A stretch of DNA of 64,000 bases from Octopus bimaculoides (taxonomy: Eukaryota). The translations under genes and the position numbers were made by a program. Numbering within the stretch: the first letter of the stretch is position 1; every line of letters starts with the position of its first letter. Below the pieces are notes generated by a model. The model worked only from the letters and a program-made list of their open reading frames with translations, searched no databases and was not told the DNA's origin. Location: assembly GCF_001194135.2 (NCBI RefSeq), contig NC_068995.1, forward strand, positions 4,376,387 through 4,440,386. The letters run 5' to 3'. Positions 1 through 12,755 of the stretch are shown here, one piece after another.

Positions 1-923
1 TCTCGCTTCTTTCTCATATTAATTTCCGACGTCCTCCGAGATCATGATGATTGAGAAAGAAATAGAGGTGATATTATATATATATATATATGAAACAATC
101 TCGAAGGTGGTGCCCCATTTTGTTCTGATGGTACTTCGATGAGTGAAATCAATAAAAGTATTGAAGGAAATATCTGAAAACTTAAATTGGCAGAAAGAGA
201 AGATTAGCAAAATAAAATGTTTGACAGGAATTAATTTCGTCCATCAACATTGGCTGTTCAAATGACAATGAAGATGACAACGTGCCTGGTCTTTAATCCC
301 TACGTGAATTCATACAACATTATGGAGAACGACACAGGATATATTTTGATATTTGAAGCAAATTAAATCTATAGACTATAACGGATTCTGTTCATATGAA
401 TATGAATACACTCATACATACATACATACATACATATATATATATATANNNNNNNNNNNNNNNNNNNNNNNNNNNNNNNNNNNNNNNNNNNNNNNNNNNN
501 NNNNNNNNNNNNNNNNNNNNNNNNNNNNNNNNNNNNNNNNNNNNNNNNNNNNNNNNNNNNNNNNNNNNNNNNNNNNNNNNNNNNNNNNNNNNNNNNNNNN
601 NNNNNNNNNNNNNNNNNNNNNNNNNNNNNNNNNNNNNNNNNNNNNNNNNNNNNNNNNNNNNNNNNNNNNNNNNNNNNNNNNNNNNNNNNNNNNNNNNNNN
701 NNNNNNNNNNNNNNNNNNNNNNNNNNNNNNNNNNNNNNNNNNNNNNNNNNNNNNNNNNNNNNNNNNNNNNNNNNNNNNNNNNNNNNNNNNNNNNNNNNNN
801 NNNNNNNNNNNNNNNNNNNNNNNNNNNNNNNNNNNNNNNNNNNNNNNNNNNNNNNNNNNNNNNNNNNNNNNNNNNNNNNNNNNNNNNNNNNNNNNNNNNN
901 NNNNNNNNNNNNNNNNNNNNNNN

Positions 924-960
<37 letters not shown>

Positions 961-1299
961 TTAACATGTATACACTCACACACATACATACGCACATATA
1001 TAACGAGAGAAAGACAGATATAAAGATACTCGACGTTTAAATGCAATGGGTAGAGACCTGAAGGAAAATGTAATTATTCCGAAACTAAATCAGATTCTTA
1101 AAACTCAGTGAAAAAACAAAATAAATTAATACTATTTAGAAAAAATAGAAACCATCAAATATCTATAAGCATTTCCATCGAATCTGTCTTGTTACATTGC
1201 TGATACATTTTGTAAACCACTTATATGTAGACCAATAATATAACATCATTCTTTGCTACATATAAACTCCAAACACTAAAAAAAATCAAAGTGAGAAAT

Positions 1300-2260
1300 C
1301 ACTGAACGTTTTAGATTAAAGTTATGAGATTTTGCAGAAGTGCAAATGACTTGCCACTGAATAATACCTGAAAAAGAACGAGGCAGCAATGGAAATTCTA
1401 CATTGTTTCTCGATTTATCTAAGCATGTGATATAGCAAATTATTTGTATTGGGAAATACGTTCAAATTTTAGGTGCGTCCTTCAAGCAACTACATTTATG
1501 TAACTCCATTTGCAACAAAAAGCACAGTACTGGAAGTACTCTATGTATTTTCTCTCATTGGTTGTAGACTACTAATAAGCATAGATACAAACTACTAAAG
1601 TCAAATTCTGAGATGTTATTTAAACTCAACAGTTCTATATATTATGAGAATCGATCATATCAAATGCAACGTTTTCATTCCACGCCCGATTACTTCGGTT
1701 TCCTAAATCCTAAAATCAATATCTTGGCTTAACATCTCGCTAAAATTCCTTGTATTATCATCTAAACTATAAATCTTCAGAGACTTTTTCTAATCTTTAT
1801 AATAAGGTACACTTCCAGAGTGGATTCCAAGAAAAAAAATATCGTAGATAAACAAGACAAAAATAAAACCAGATACCGTCAAAGAGAAAGAATAATCACA
1901 TGGTATAATCCTCCGTGCACGACGTCACAGAATTTTGTATTCCATTCTGATAATGAAATACTTCCACGAACAAGAATTAATTACTGCGAAATAATTAACA
2001 AGAATTACATTAATTTATTATATTTCACTACACCTTATTTGGCACAGGTTATGTTGCTTCTAATCAGTTTAATGTGTATCCATCTTCATCGAACAGATAC
2101 ATAAACTGCTGCTCTGACATTAATCCTGATAATTATCTGTAAAATTCAAATGCCAATCACAAAATGTGTACCGGGCATCAGTTAAAAATCACAACTTAAC
2201 CAAAGCATAGTTCACCGGCACTCCTATGTCTTAGAATTTAAATGCCTTCTTGTTCTGCAA
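1300..2260 (+). mobile_element. Decayed Penelope-like retroelement (RT C-terminal part, linker and start of GIY-YIG region)
   Basis: ORF 1820-2104 encodes KTRYRQRERIITWYNPP...EIINKNYINLLYFTTPYLAQ, matching the Penelope-type pattern R.R.IIWFNPP...KIFNRNTIK.SYSC.PN..Q as I recall it. Upstream, TTKVKF*DV (1591-1617) resembles V.FLDV. Downstream, CQSQNVYRASV (2151-2183) resembles C....VY.ATV. There are many stops and frameshifts, and the boundaries are approximate. Confidence 0.65.
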
Positions 2261-2818
2261 TCCAAACAAGAATCAGTTAGACCTGATTATCCATGCTGAT
2301 TTGACAATGAAATGCCATCAACATCCAATGTGACTTAAACTGAGGAATTCTCTTGATAAGATCCTATATTAGTCATAAAAATAAACAAACTTTGTGCTAC
2401 TGAGAGATATGAATTTGTATTTGGCGAGAAACTGTAGCTCAATAAACATTCTAAAATACTAACATCTGAGTAATAGAGCACATTTTTTTTTAAATTCGGT
2501 ATTTTCAAACTTTTATTTTCTCTAAACGGCAGCTCAAAGACATACATACATACATACACATATTTATATGTGTATATATATATACATATATATGTGCACA
2601 CGCACATGGCACAGAAAGTGTGTCAATAGCCAGCTGGAGGAGATGGCTTCCTGGAGTTACAATCTACAGTAGCATCAACCCTTAAGGGTCAGCCACATTT
2701 AGGTGGCAAATATACTTCACCATGTATATATATTTCTATATATATTTGTACATACATATAAATAGAGCGGTACTTATACAAGCAACTCTCTTTCGTATAT
2801 ATATATATATATATATAG

Positions 2819-2852
<34 letters not shown>

Positions 2853-2954
2853 ATAGATGCACACACATATATTATTACATAGTACTACTACACCTGCTAC
2901 TCTTACTCCCCCTCCTTCTACGCCTCCTTCTACGACTACGACTACTACTGCTAC

Positions 2955-3090
2955 TACTAATTCCGCTGAAATTGACTTCAGCTTTCGATGTCGATAAAAA
3001 GATACCGGTGGATAAGTGGAATCGATATAATCGACTCGGTCCCTCTCCGAAGCTTTCAGGCCTCGTGCCCGTAACAGAATAGATTCTAGA
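2955..3090 (+). mobile_element. Degenerate copy of the dominant tRNA-derived SINE (3' part)
   Basis: ccgctgaaattgacttcagctttcgatgtcgataaaaagatacc...aatcgact...ggcctcgtgccc is a decayed version of the family body seen intact at 28075 and 52385. Confidence 0.6.
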
Positions 3091-3862
3091 TAATAAGTGC
3101 TGGGAGAGGGAAGTGTATATGTGCCTATGCATGTGTCCATGTACTGATAGATAAAATATTTTCATAATATTTTAGAATGTTGGAATTCCAGATGTAATAA
3201 AAGAGAATGCAAGAATTTCAACAGGAACTAGCTGCCAGATTATCGAAATAATTTTCACAATGGGATTACTTTAGGATCTTACCAGTTACATTGTGTTCCC
3301 TTTCCAACATCAACTTTCAAATAAATATATAGTGCAAACATTATTGCAATGAAAAAGAGGGTCTGAATTCCGACAGGAATATTGATTGCTTGCGTATGCA
3401 CATGAATAGAGACTTATGGGAGATGGCTACAGTCGAGTGAAGATTCCACTCACCAACATAATACAGTGTTTATAGTTTACACACTATTAACTCCGCTTTA
3501 CAGTATGGCGGCTCTCGAGTGAATTATCGGTTGCTTCGTTGTAACATCAATGATAAATGAAAGAAAGAATTAGCAAAATAGAAATTAAACGAAAATGCAA
3601 AGGAAATATAAAAATATATATATGTATATAATATTACATAAATAAACATTTGGAAGACATCGTGTGTAAATCTAGGAAAGGGGTGGAGAAAGCAGTCTGA
3701 AATGAAGAGATAAGATGGATATAAAGTAGGATTAAAAACAAAATGGAACCCGATGATATTGGATATAATATAGAATAAAAGACTTAATACGGAGGACGGT
3801 GCAGCCCAGTACGTTACTATACCTCTGACTTAACGCATAACATGTGTGTGTGCGTGTGCGTG

Positions 3863-3904
<42 letters not shown>

Positions 3905-4334
3905 TGCATTATATGTACCTTCAAATATGCATTTGGATTTGTATATATGTATGTATGTGCGTGTGTGTGTGTGTAAGTTTTACTCCGGTTTAAATATGAA
4001 TGATAGACAATCTAATTTTAGTAATACTGATTGTAAATTAATTAGCAAATTATAAAATTATAATGAAGTTAAATGACAGGTATTAGTGTTCATTTAAAGT
4101 GAAATGTAATTAATGTAATTTATGTTATAATTAAGAAGAGAAATAAAATTAAATATTTTAAAATGCAATCTGGGAATTTACACGAAAATTAATGCAGCCA
4201 CTTCGTCATCTTTATCTTTTATCTCTTCTGTGTTTCTGTCATAGACTGAGGCCATGCTGGGGCAAAACCGTGAAGAATTTTAGTCGAACGAATCTGCTCA
4301 CAGACGTGTTCATAATTAGTTATATTTATAGCCT

Positions 4335-4862
4335 AGGTGGACATAGGTAGATTAGGCAAAGTGAACCGAGTAAATTGAACTTCCCAAAAGTGGCGAAACA
4401 AAGTGGTCTACGCAAACAGGGCTAGGAAAAGAGAGCGGTGGAAACATTGCCAGGCAAGTAAAGCTCAGCAAACTGAGCTTAGGCAAACATATTTAAGCAA
4501 ACTAGTCTAGGCAAATATAGCTAGGGAAACTGAGCGAAGGACAAGGATGTACTCATATTTGGCATGGCAAATTGAGCTGGGCAAAATGGCTGAACAAACT
4601 GAGTTATTAAAAATGGCTTGGCAAACTGTCCTGAGCACAAATGGCCAGGAACACCCGACTTAGTAAAGGATCTAGGTAAACATGGCAAACTGGAGAAGGA
4701 AAACTAAACTAGGTCAACTAAGAAAGCATGGGTAGAAGGTAAACTAAAGTAGGCAAATATTGCTAATGAACTTGAGATAGGCAAACTCATCTAGGTTAAC
4801 TGAGCTAAACCAACATGGCTATGCAGAGAGAGTTTGGTAAAGACGTCTAGGTAAATGAGCTA
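4335..4862 (+). repeat. Degenerate minisatellite, about 14-bp unit, consensus near GGCAAACTGAGCTA
   Basis: Consecutive 14-mers ggcaaacatattta / agcaaactagtcta / ggcaaatatagcta / gggaaactgagcga at about 4482-4540, and many further ggcaaa..ct(a/g) motifs across about 530 bp. Confidence 0.7.
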
Positions 4863-5844
4863 CGGAGCTATTTGTGTGTTGTCTTGTAAATGATACAAGA
4901 TCTCTAGACACAGAAGTTTTAACAAGGCTACCATAACCCTGTATTAAAAGTAAAACTTAGTTGACATTAAGTATTTCCTGCACAAAAGCAAAGCTGTACA
5001 AGAAAATCTTCATTGTTGTTTTTTTTTTCCTTCAAAATCTATAACTAATTCTAGCTCTCATCCTACGATATATTTTCACGCCTTCTTCACAATCTTATGT
5101 TTCCTCTTTCTCCCGATATAGTTTCTTTCAGTCAAATATAATACGATGTCAGTGTTTTTTTTTTCTAAGGGACAATAGTAACATGTCATACAGACTGAAT
5201 GAGCAATATGCTACATATGGACCCATACATTTCCACTGTTTCATTCTTCTGGGTATTTTCGTAGATTTTTGTTTTCTTATTTAACAAACAGAATCCTTTT
5301 CTTTTTTTTTTGTTCTTAACTGCTAAAGTCTTATCAATGGTAAATTATATTTTTGTGTGTTTGTGTTCGCTGTTTTTGAACTTTGCTATATATCTTCCAT
5401 ACCATTAATGCTTTATTTTATATTTCATTGATGTAATGATGGATCAGACAAATATTCCAAGACACTGAATAATGAAAGTAGAAATAAAAGGCCATTGCTT
5501 CTAACTTGCAGCGGAAAAAAAAAATACCATTTTCAACCACAAGGAAGCAGTTCATTCATGTGCGTTACAAAATAGCTTCTCTTGACAAACAATAAAACAA
5601 AATACAACAGAGCGAAGCAAAACTATAACGAAACAATACAAAACAAATCTATCTTTGTCATATTATTTCCAGTTCATGTGCCGGTGCGTATATACATTTT
5701 CGTGTTGATATATTAGTGTACATAATTGTTTGTGTGTTGGTATGTGTGTGTAGAAATGTTTGTATGTGATTATGTGTGCGTGTGCATAGACATTCGTATG
5801 TTGGTATCTACATATGTATGTATGTATGTATGTATGTATATATA

Positions 5845-5905
5845 CTCTTTTATTCTTTTACTTGTTTCAGTCATTTTGAATGTGGCCATGCTGGAGCACC
5901 GCCTT
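5845..5905 (-). mobile_element. Isolated 3' tail of the CORE-like SINE / CR1-like LINE
   Basis: tttattcttttacttgtttcagtcattttgaatgtggccatgctggagcaccgcc matches the tail at 41602 and 42715. Confidence 0.75.
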
Positions 5906-6967
5906 TCTAAAAGTTTCTTAACACGAGTGGGATATATACATATATATAATGTATATATAATATTTATAAGTAATATATATATATAATATATACATATATA
6001 TGATATACATATGTATGTATGTATGTATGTATGTATATATGTATGTATGCATGTACGTATGTACGTATGTATGTATGCATATTATTTGTGTTGATATGTA
6101 TGCGTATATAAATGTTTACGTGTGTGTATGTATACATGTTTGTCTGTGCGTGCATGTGTTGCGCGCATGTATGTGTAGGTAGTTATAGGGAGTGTATATG
6201 TGCAAGCGTGCATGTGTGTTTCCTTGTTGTCCGACGTGTAATATACGTGTTCGTATGTTGAAATAAATACACGGGCATTTGTGTATATATATATTCAAAT
6301 ATACACAATGTAATTGCTTGTGTTTGCGTTAAACATATACATATATCTGTATATTTGTGAATTTGTGTGCGTGTATGTGTGTATAGTTAGTAAACCTAAT
6401 TGTTAGGCAACGACTGCAACAATTCAAAAGAACTCGATGCTATTTACTTGTAGAATATCCAGAATTTATTCATAATTTTCCTTCAAAAGCCAGTTAGATT
6501 CGGGTATTAAAAGCGCAAAAGTGCTCTTCAGAGAAATACCAATTCTTTAGCATGTGCCTTAATGGTTGAAGCAAACTGCAATTTGTAAAAAAAAATTATG
6601 AAAAACTTAGCGTTGCATAAACATATATATATATGTATGTATATACATACATATATATACATATGTATATACACATGTATAAATATGTGAGTGCGTGCGC
6701 GCGTGGATTGTTGAAAACAAGAAAATGGGACCCTAACACATGCAATAATATTCATTTATTTATTTTTTTGTTTCGTCTTTACCCCCACAAACTTTCAACG
6801 AAAGTATTGTGAGAAAAACCGAATGCCTAAACAGTGAAATATCGATCGAGATAACACACAAACACACACATACACACATAGATGCACACACACACAGAAG
6901 CGCACATACGCATGCAAATATACTCAGACACACATTAATACAAATTCCTACCCACTCATAAACGCGC

Positions 6968-6979
6968 ATCATCATCATC

Positions 6980-7068
<89 letters not shown>

Positions 7069-7078
7069 CATCATCATC

Positions 7079-7161
<83 letters not shown>

Positions 7162-7192
7162 CATCATCATCATCATTATTATTATTATTATT
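6968..7192. repeat. (ATC)/(ATT)n compound microsatellite with an internal higher-order duplication
   Basis: Read directly from the sequence. Confidence 0.95.
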
Positions 7193-7479
7193 AAGGCGGA
7201 GAGCTGACACAATCTTTAGCACGCCGAGCAAAATGCCTGGCAGGTATTTCGTCCGTCTTTACGTTCTAAGTTCAAATTTCGCCCGAGTCGACTTTGCCTT
7301 TCATCCTTTCGTGCTCGATAAATTAAGTACCCATGAAACAATCTTTATGTTCTGAGTTCAAATTCCACCGTGGTCGACTTTACCTTTCATCTTTTCTGGG
7401 TCGATAAATTAAGAACCAGTGAAACAATGGACAAGTCCCCTTCCCCAAAGCTTCAAGTTTTGTGCCTTCAGTTGAAAGC
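7192..7479 (+). mobile_element. Dominant tRNA-derived SINE, one near-full copy fused to a second partial copy
   Basis: Head aaggcggagagctgacacaatctttagcacgccg, B-box-like agttcaaat, and the central block gtcgactttgcctttcatcctttcg..tcgataaattaagtacc present twice. Confidence 0.85.
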
Positions 7480-7491
7480 ATTATTATTATT

Positions 7492-8128
7492 GCTGTTTTT
7501 GCTATGGCAGATGTTACACCGACACTATACCAAAAGAGCTGCCATATCCAATGGCCGAAAGTCCTTTGGGTCATTCCTTCTTGAACGTTCCTTAGAATCC
7601 TTGCTGTTCTTAACAAGGCTGTTTTCTGCAACGACCCCATTCCGGTAATTTCTAGCTTCTCAAGCCATGCATCCAACCTTTTACTAACAGCTTGTAGTGT
7701 ACCAACCACAATCACCACCACTTCTAGGTGCCAAATTGTCCATAGTTCCCCGATTTTCCACTTCAGCTCCTGTTATTTATCCACTTTTTTTCCCTTTGCT
7801 TTTCATTCATCTGTGGCACCCATGGTGAAGAAATATCCACAATTATTGATTTGTTCTTCTTCTCTACGACAATAATATTAGGCTTTCTAGTCACAATAAA
7901 ATGACCACAATGGATGGATATGTCCCACAAGATCTTACTTATACTGTTCGCTTTCGGAAACCTTTTCCGCTTGTTCCTCATACCATTTTTCACTTCTACA
8001 CGTTATACTTATGACACAGATTCCAGTGAACCAATCTGGAAAAGTTGTCCTGGCTTCTCTTGTACTCTTTTAATGCAGGTGTCTTACATTCACTAATAAT
8101 CTGGTATACTATTTCACCTTTCTCACCA
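7492..8128 (-). mobile_element. 5'-truncated, decayed non-LTR retrotransposon with restriction-like endonuclease (R4/Dong-like): zinc knuckle, RLE domain and 3' UTR
   Basis: The minus strand reads GEKGEIVYQIISECKTPALKEYKRSQDNFSRLVHWNLCHKY...KILWDISIHCGHFIVTRKPNIIVVEKKNKSIIVDISSPW...VIVVGTLQAVSKRLDAWLEKLEIT....LQKTALLRTARILRNV. This is the CCHC / RHD / PD..D / G.LG C-terminus typical of RLE-clade elements. It is flanked on both sides by (AAT)n. Confidence 0.85.
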
Positions 8129-8129
8129 C

Positions 8130-8152
8130 TATTATTATTATTATAATTATTG

Positions 8153-8226
<74 letters not shown>

Positions 8227-8230
8227 AATG

Positions 8231-8278
<48 letters not shown>
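8130..8278. repeat. (ATT)/(AAT)n microsatellite
   Basis: Read directly from the sequence. Confidence 0.95.
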
Positions 8279-8749
8279 TTTACTGTTTTTCTTCATAATT
8301 AGGTGTTAAAATTGCTGAGAGACTTCCAGATTTTTCCATTTCATCTCCTCCTTCTTCTCCTCCTCCTGCTCCTCCTCCTGCTCCTCCTCATTCATTTTTT
8401 TCTTTTTTTCTCCATTTCTACTTTACTTCTTGAATTTTTTTCTTTTTTCTCATTTTTCTTTTACTTGTTCTTTCATCTCTAAATTCTTTTTCTCTTACAT
8501 CCTGTAGTTCTTGTTGTTGGTCTTCATCTTCCTCGACTACCTGTTTTTCTTGTTGTTGATGTTGTTATTATTGCTGCCCCATTTCATCTCCATGCAGTTG
8601 TTGTTGTTGTTGTAGATTTTCCTCCTCCTCCTTCTACGTCATCATCGTCTTTGTAATATTTTTGTTGTATTTTTCCTGTTGTCATTAATGGTGTCACTGT
8701 TGTTTATGTTATTGTTGTGGTTCTTGATTTTTTTTATCAATATCATCAT

Positions 8750-9480
8750 CCTTCCTTCTTCTTCTTCTTCTTCTTCTTCTTTTTCTCCTCCTTCTTCTGC
8801 CTCTTCTTTTTCTTCTTCTTCTTCGTCTTCTCCCTCTTCTTCTTCTTCTTCGTCTTCTTCTTCTTCTTCTTCTTCTTCTTTTTCTTCTTCTTCTTCTTCT
8901 TCTTCTTCTTCTACCTCTTCTTCTTCTCCTNNNNNNNNNNTCTTCGTCTTCTTCTTCTTCTTCTTCTTCTTCTTTTTCTTCTTCTTCTTCTTCTTCTTCT
9001 TCTTCTACCTCTTCTTCTTCTCCTTCTTCTTCTTCTTCTTCTTCTCCTTCTCCTTCTTCTTCTCCTTCTTCTCCTCCTTCTTCTTCTTCTTCTTCTTCTT
9101 CTTCTTCTTCTTCCCCTTCCCCCTCCTCTTCTTCTTCTTCTTCTTCTTCTTCTTCTTCCACTTCCCCCTCCTCTTCCTCTTCCCCTCCTCCTTCTTCTTC
9201 TTCTTCTTCCTCTTCTCCTTCTTCTTCTCCTTCTTCTCCTCCTTCTTCTTTTTCTTCTTCTTCTTCTTCTTTTTCTTCCCCTTCCCCCTCCTCTTCTTCT
9301 TCTTCTTCTTCCACTTCCCCTCCTCTTCCTCTTCCCCTCCTCCTTCTTCTTCTTCTTCTTCTTCTTCTTCTTCTTCTCCTTCTTCTTCTTCCTCCCCCCT
9401 CCTCCTCTTCTTCTTCTTCTTCTTCTTCTTCTTCTTCCTCTTCCCCCTCCTCTTCTCCTTCTTCTTCGTCATCGTCGTCG
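8750..9480. repeat. (TTC)/(TCC)n polypyrimidine repeat with higher-order units, containing a 10-N gap
   Basis: Read directly. The motif ttccccttccccctcctc recurs at about 9110 and 9275. This tract generates the poly-E/K/S/F ORFs. Confidence 0.95.
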
Positions 9481-9839
9481 TCTTTTTGATATTACTTGTA
9501 CTATCGTTCCTCTTCTTGTTCCAGTTGATATCGTATCACTTTTGCAGTTATTCTCCTTGTTGTTGTTTTTGTTGTTGTTACTGCTGTGGATCTTGCTGTT
9601 GCCCCGGACCCTCATTTTCCACCTGTCTGTCCCCATTTACCAATTTCCTCTCACCTATTTCATACTCAACTCTTATCAAATCAACATCAGTTTCACGCAT
9701 CATTTATTTCTTCACAAACCATCGTTTCTCTAATTTATTGTCATTAAATATTCTACGTTGCCAAAAGATAAGAAGAAACAACAGCGATTAGCAGAACAAA
9801 TACTAAAAATAACAATATTTTCTTTTAAATGAATTCTTT

Positions 9840-9850
9840 TAATAATAATC

Positions 9851-9887
<37 letters not shown>

Positions 9888-9895
9888 TAATAATG

Positions 9896-9937
<42 letters not shown>

Positions 9938-10010
9938 TTAATAATAATAATAATAATAAAAATAATAAAAAAAATAATAATAATGATAATAATAATAATA
10001 ATAATGATAA
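9840..10010. repeat. (AAT)n microsatellite
   Basis: Read directly from the sequence. Confidence 0.95.
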
Positions 10011-10644
10011 TAGAGAATAAGACAAGTCAAAAGAGAAACTAAAATGTTAGAAACAGAGAATATCGCTGGCTTTCTCTTTCACTCTCACTCTCTCTCTCTC
10101 ACTCTCTCTCTCACTCTCTCTCTCTCACTCTCTCTCTCTCNNNNNNNNNNNNNNNNNNNNNNNNNNNNNNNNNNNNNNNNNNNNNNNNNNNNNNNNNNNN
10201 NNNNNNNNNNNNNNNNNNNNNNNNNNNNNNNNNNNNNNNNNNNNNNNNNNNNNNNNNNNNNNNNNNNNNNNNNNNNNNNNNNNNNNNNNNNNNNNNNNNN
10301 NNNNNNNNNNNNNNNNNNNNNNNNNNNNNNNNNNNNNNNNCTCTCTCTCTCTCACTCTCTCTCTCTCTCTCACTCTCTCTCTCTCACTCTCTCTCTCTCT
10401 CACTCTCTCTCGCTCTACAAATTTACATACTTCTGTCTCTGTCTCTCTCCTTTTGTAACTACTTCTCTCTCTTTGTCTCTACTTTTCCCTCTCTCCGTCT
10501 TTATCTCTCTCTCTCTCTGTTTCTCTGCTTCTCCCCTACTTCTCTTTACTTCTCTCTTCTCTCCTGCCTTCTTTCTCTCTCTGTTTCTCTCTCCCTGCCC
10601 CTTCTCACTGTCTGTCTGTCTGTCTGTCTCCCTCTAGCACTCTT

Positions 10645-10684
<40 letters not shown>

Positions 10685-11154
10685 ACTCAGTGACACTCTG
10701 CCTTCCTCTATCGATCTGTTTGTCTCTGATAACACTCACGCTCAAACATATATACTACCTTCACCATGACCACTCTCCTGACACTACCACCCTCACTACC
10801 ACTACTATTCTCACTACACTACGGCCATCTCTGCCACCACGACTACCACCACAGCTACCAGTGTTACCAACAAAATCAACAGGACCAGCAATACTTTCCC
10901 CAACGCTACCACTTCAGCCATCATACTCCCACCATCACCAACCCGTCTTCGCCACTGTCACCTGAACTACAACAAACTCACCGTCAGCCACCTCCACCAT
11001 CTGAACACTCATGATCATCATGAGAATACTAGCAACAAATAAAACCACACCAAGAGAAAAACAACAAAGAAAACAATGTGAAAAAACAAAATCAAATTAA
11101 ATCAAAAACAAAATATACTTCTCTCATAATACTCCCACCTACAATGATCATGCA

Positions 11155-11385
11155 TGTATATATGTGTGTATATATGTATGTATATATGTGTGTATATATG
11201 TGTGTATATATGTGTGTATATATGTGTGTATATATGTGTGTATATATGTGTGTATATATGTGTGTATATATGTGTGTATATATGTATGTATATATGTATG
11301 TATATATGTGTGTATATATGTGTGTATATATGTGTGTATATATGTGTGTATATATGTGTGTATATATGTATGTATATATGTGTGT
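11155..11385. repeat. 12-bp minisatellite (GTGTATATATGT)n
   Basis: About 19 units, with occasional gtat variants. Confidence 0.9.
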
Positions 11386-11717
11386 TTCTGCGTGTGTGTA
11401 CTGGCAGGCGTGTGTACTCTTATGGAGAAAACAGCAAGTACAAATAAAGAAAATGAACATGCTAATTGCACAAAAAATATTCAGTTAATTTTATGTGTTT
11501 AAACTGGGGGAGAAGTGAAAAGAGTAAAATTTGTAACGTTTTGGACAAAGTCATTTATCAGATAGTAGAGGTGAATCCATGAGCGGTTAGAAATAAATAG
11601 AAGACAAAGAAGGAGATGAAAAATATTAAGAGAGTCAGGGTAAAGGCACGTGGATTCGGTTCACATGTTTCAAGGCCTTACATGCATAGACACACATAAA
11701 TATATACAGTACATGTA

Positions 11718-11766
<49 letters not shown>

Positions 11767-11792
11767 CATCATCTCTCCCTGTGTTTCACACA

Positions 11793-11838
<46 letters not shown>

Positions 11839-11944
11839 GCAGAGTTGACAGGTGATATCCAGAGATGCTTTTATATTTAAAACACGTAGTACTGCTCAAA
11901 TTTGGTACACAGAGCCTCTGTGTGTATGTGTGTGTATGCGCGTC

Positions 11945-12335
11945 TGTGTGGTTAGCCATTTCGAGGGAAGGGAACGGAAGAATCGGTTACATCGACCCCA
12001 GTACACGACTAGTACTTATTTTATCGACTCGGAAAGGATGAAAGCAAAGTCGATCTCAGTAGGATTTGAACTCAGAACATAAAGAGTTGGAAGAAATACC
12101 ATAATGTATTCTTCTCAGTTATGCCACTTTCTACCACCACTAAAATAATAACAACAGTTTCAAGTTTTGACACAAAGCCAGCAATTTCGGGGGATGGGTG
12201 GTTAATTTCATCGACCCCAAAAGGATGAAAGGCAAAGTCGACATCGCCGTAATTTGAACTCAGAACGTGAAGACAGACGAAATAGTGTTAAGCGTTTGCC
12301 CCTCGTACTAACGATTCTACTAGTCTGCCATCTTC
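11945..12335 (-). mobile_element. Two adjacent degenerate copies of the dominant SINE
   Basis: atcgaccccag...tttatcgac..aaggatgaaag(g)caaagtcga...tttgaactcagaac occurs twice (about 11990-12080 and 12210-12275). Confidence 0.8.
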
Positions 12336-12469
12336 GAAATAAAGAAATATTACGAATAAACAACATTGCAACTAAATGAGATGCGAAAAAATCTTTCAAA
12401 GAAATGTTACATGACCAATTGTCAAAGACATTGACTAAGAGGGAGAGAAGACTTATTGAGAATCAGAAC

Positions 12470-12755
12470 CGAAGGGCATTGATAAGCAGCCGCAGATGAT
12501 TTGGAGAAATGCTATGAAATGAAAATATAGATGGACGTGGTCATGTCTCCTGCCACACGTCCCTGTCGAAAGCCATTCTTAAGGGTACAATCGATGGAAG
12601 TCGAACTGGAAGGCAAACAGAGACAATCCTGGTTTGACAGCATCAAGCGAACACGCTACGCCTGATAGAGAACAGAGACCAGTGGCGACGTCTGTTTATG
12701 AAAACGTCTGGATTGGTACCCCCAACGGCTGGCTGTATCAGTTAAGGAATCTTGA
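12470..12755 (+). mobile_element. 3' end of an RTE-clade LINE (decayed ORF C-terminus), followed by (GAT)/(GGT) repeats
   Basis: With frameshifts it reads RW.GHVSCHTSLSKAILKGTIDGSRTG.QRQSWFDSIK...LIENRDQWRRL..KTSGLVPQRL, matching the RTE C-terminal pattern WFGHV.R...L.K.IL.G...G.R.RGR....W.D.IK...A.DR..WR. Confidence 0.75.

Noticed and set aside
353-1046. Long ORFs spanning N-gaps (also at 16717, 22714, 25941, 29226, 45793, 47606, 49987, 53688, 55016)
   Set aside because: They are open only because N runs and (AT)/(GT) repeats contain no stop codons.
8679-9791. 200-370 aa poly-S/F/L/E/K ORFs
   Set aside because: They are translations of a (TTC)/(TCC) microsatellite that is open in several frames on both strands, with no domain content.
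11078-11502. Repetitive MCVY/HIYT ORFs
   Set aside because: They are translations of a 12-bp minisatellite.
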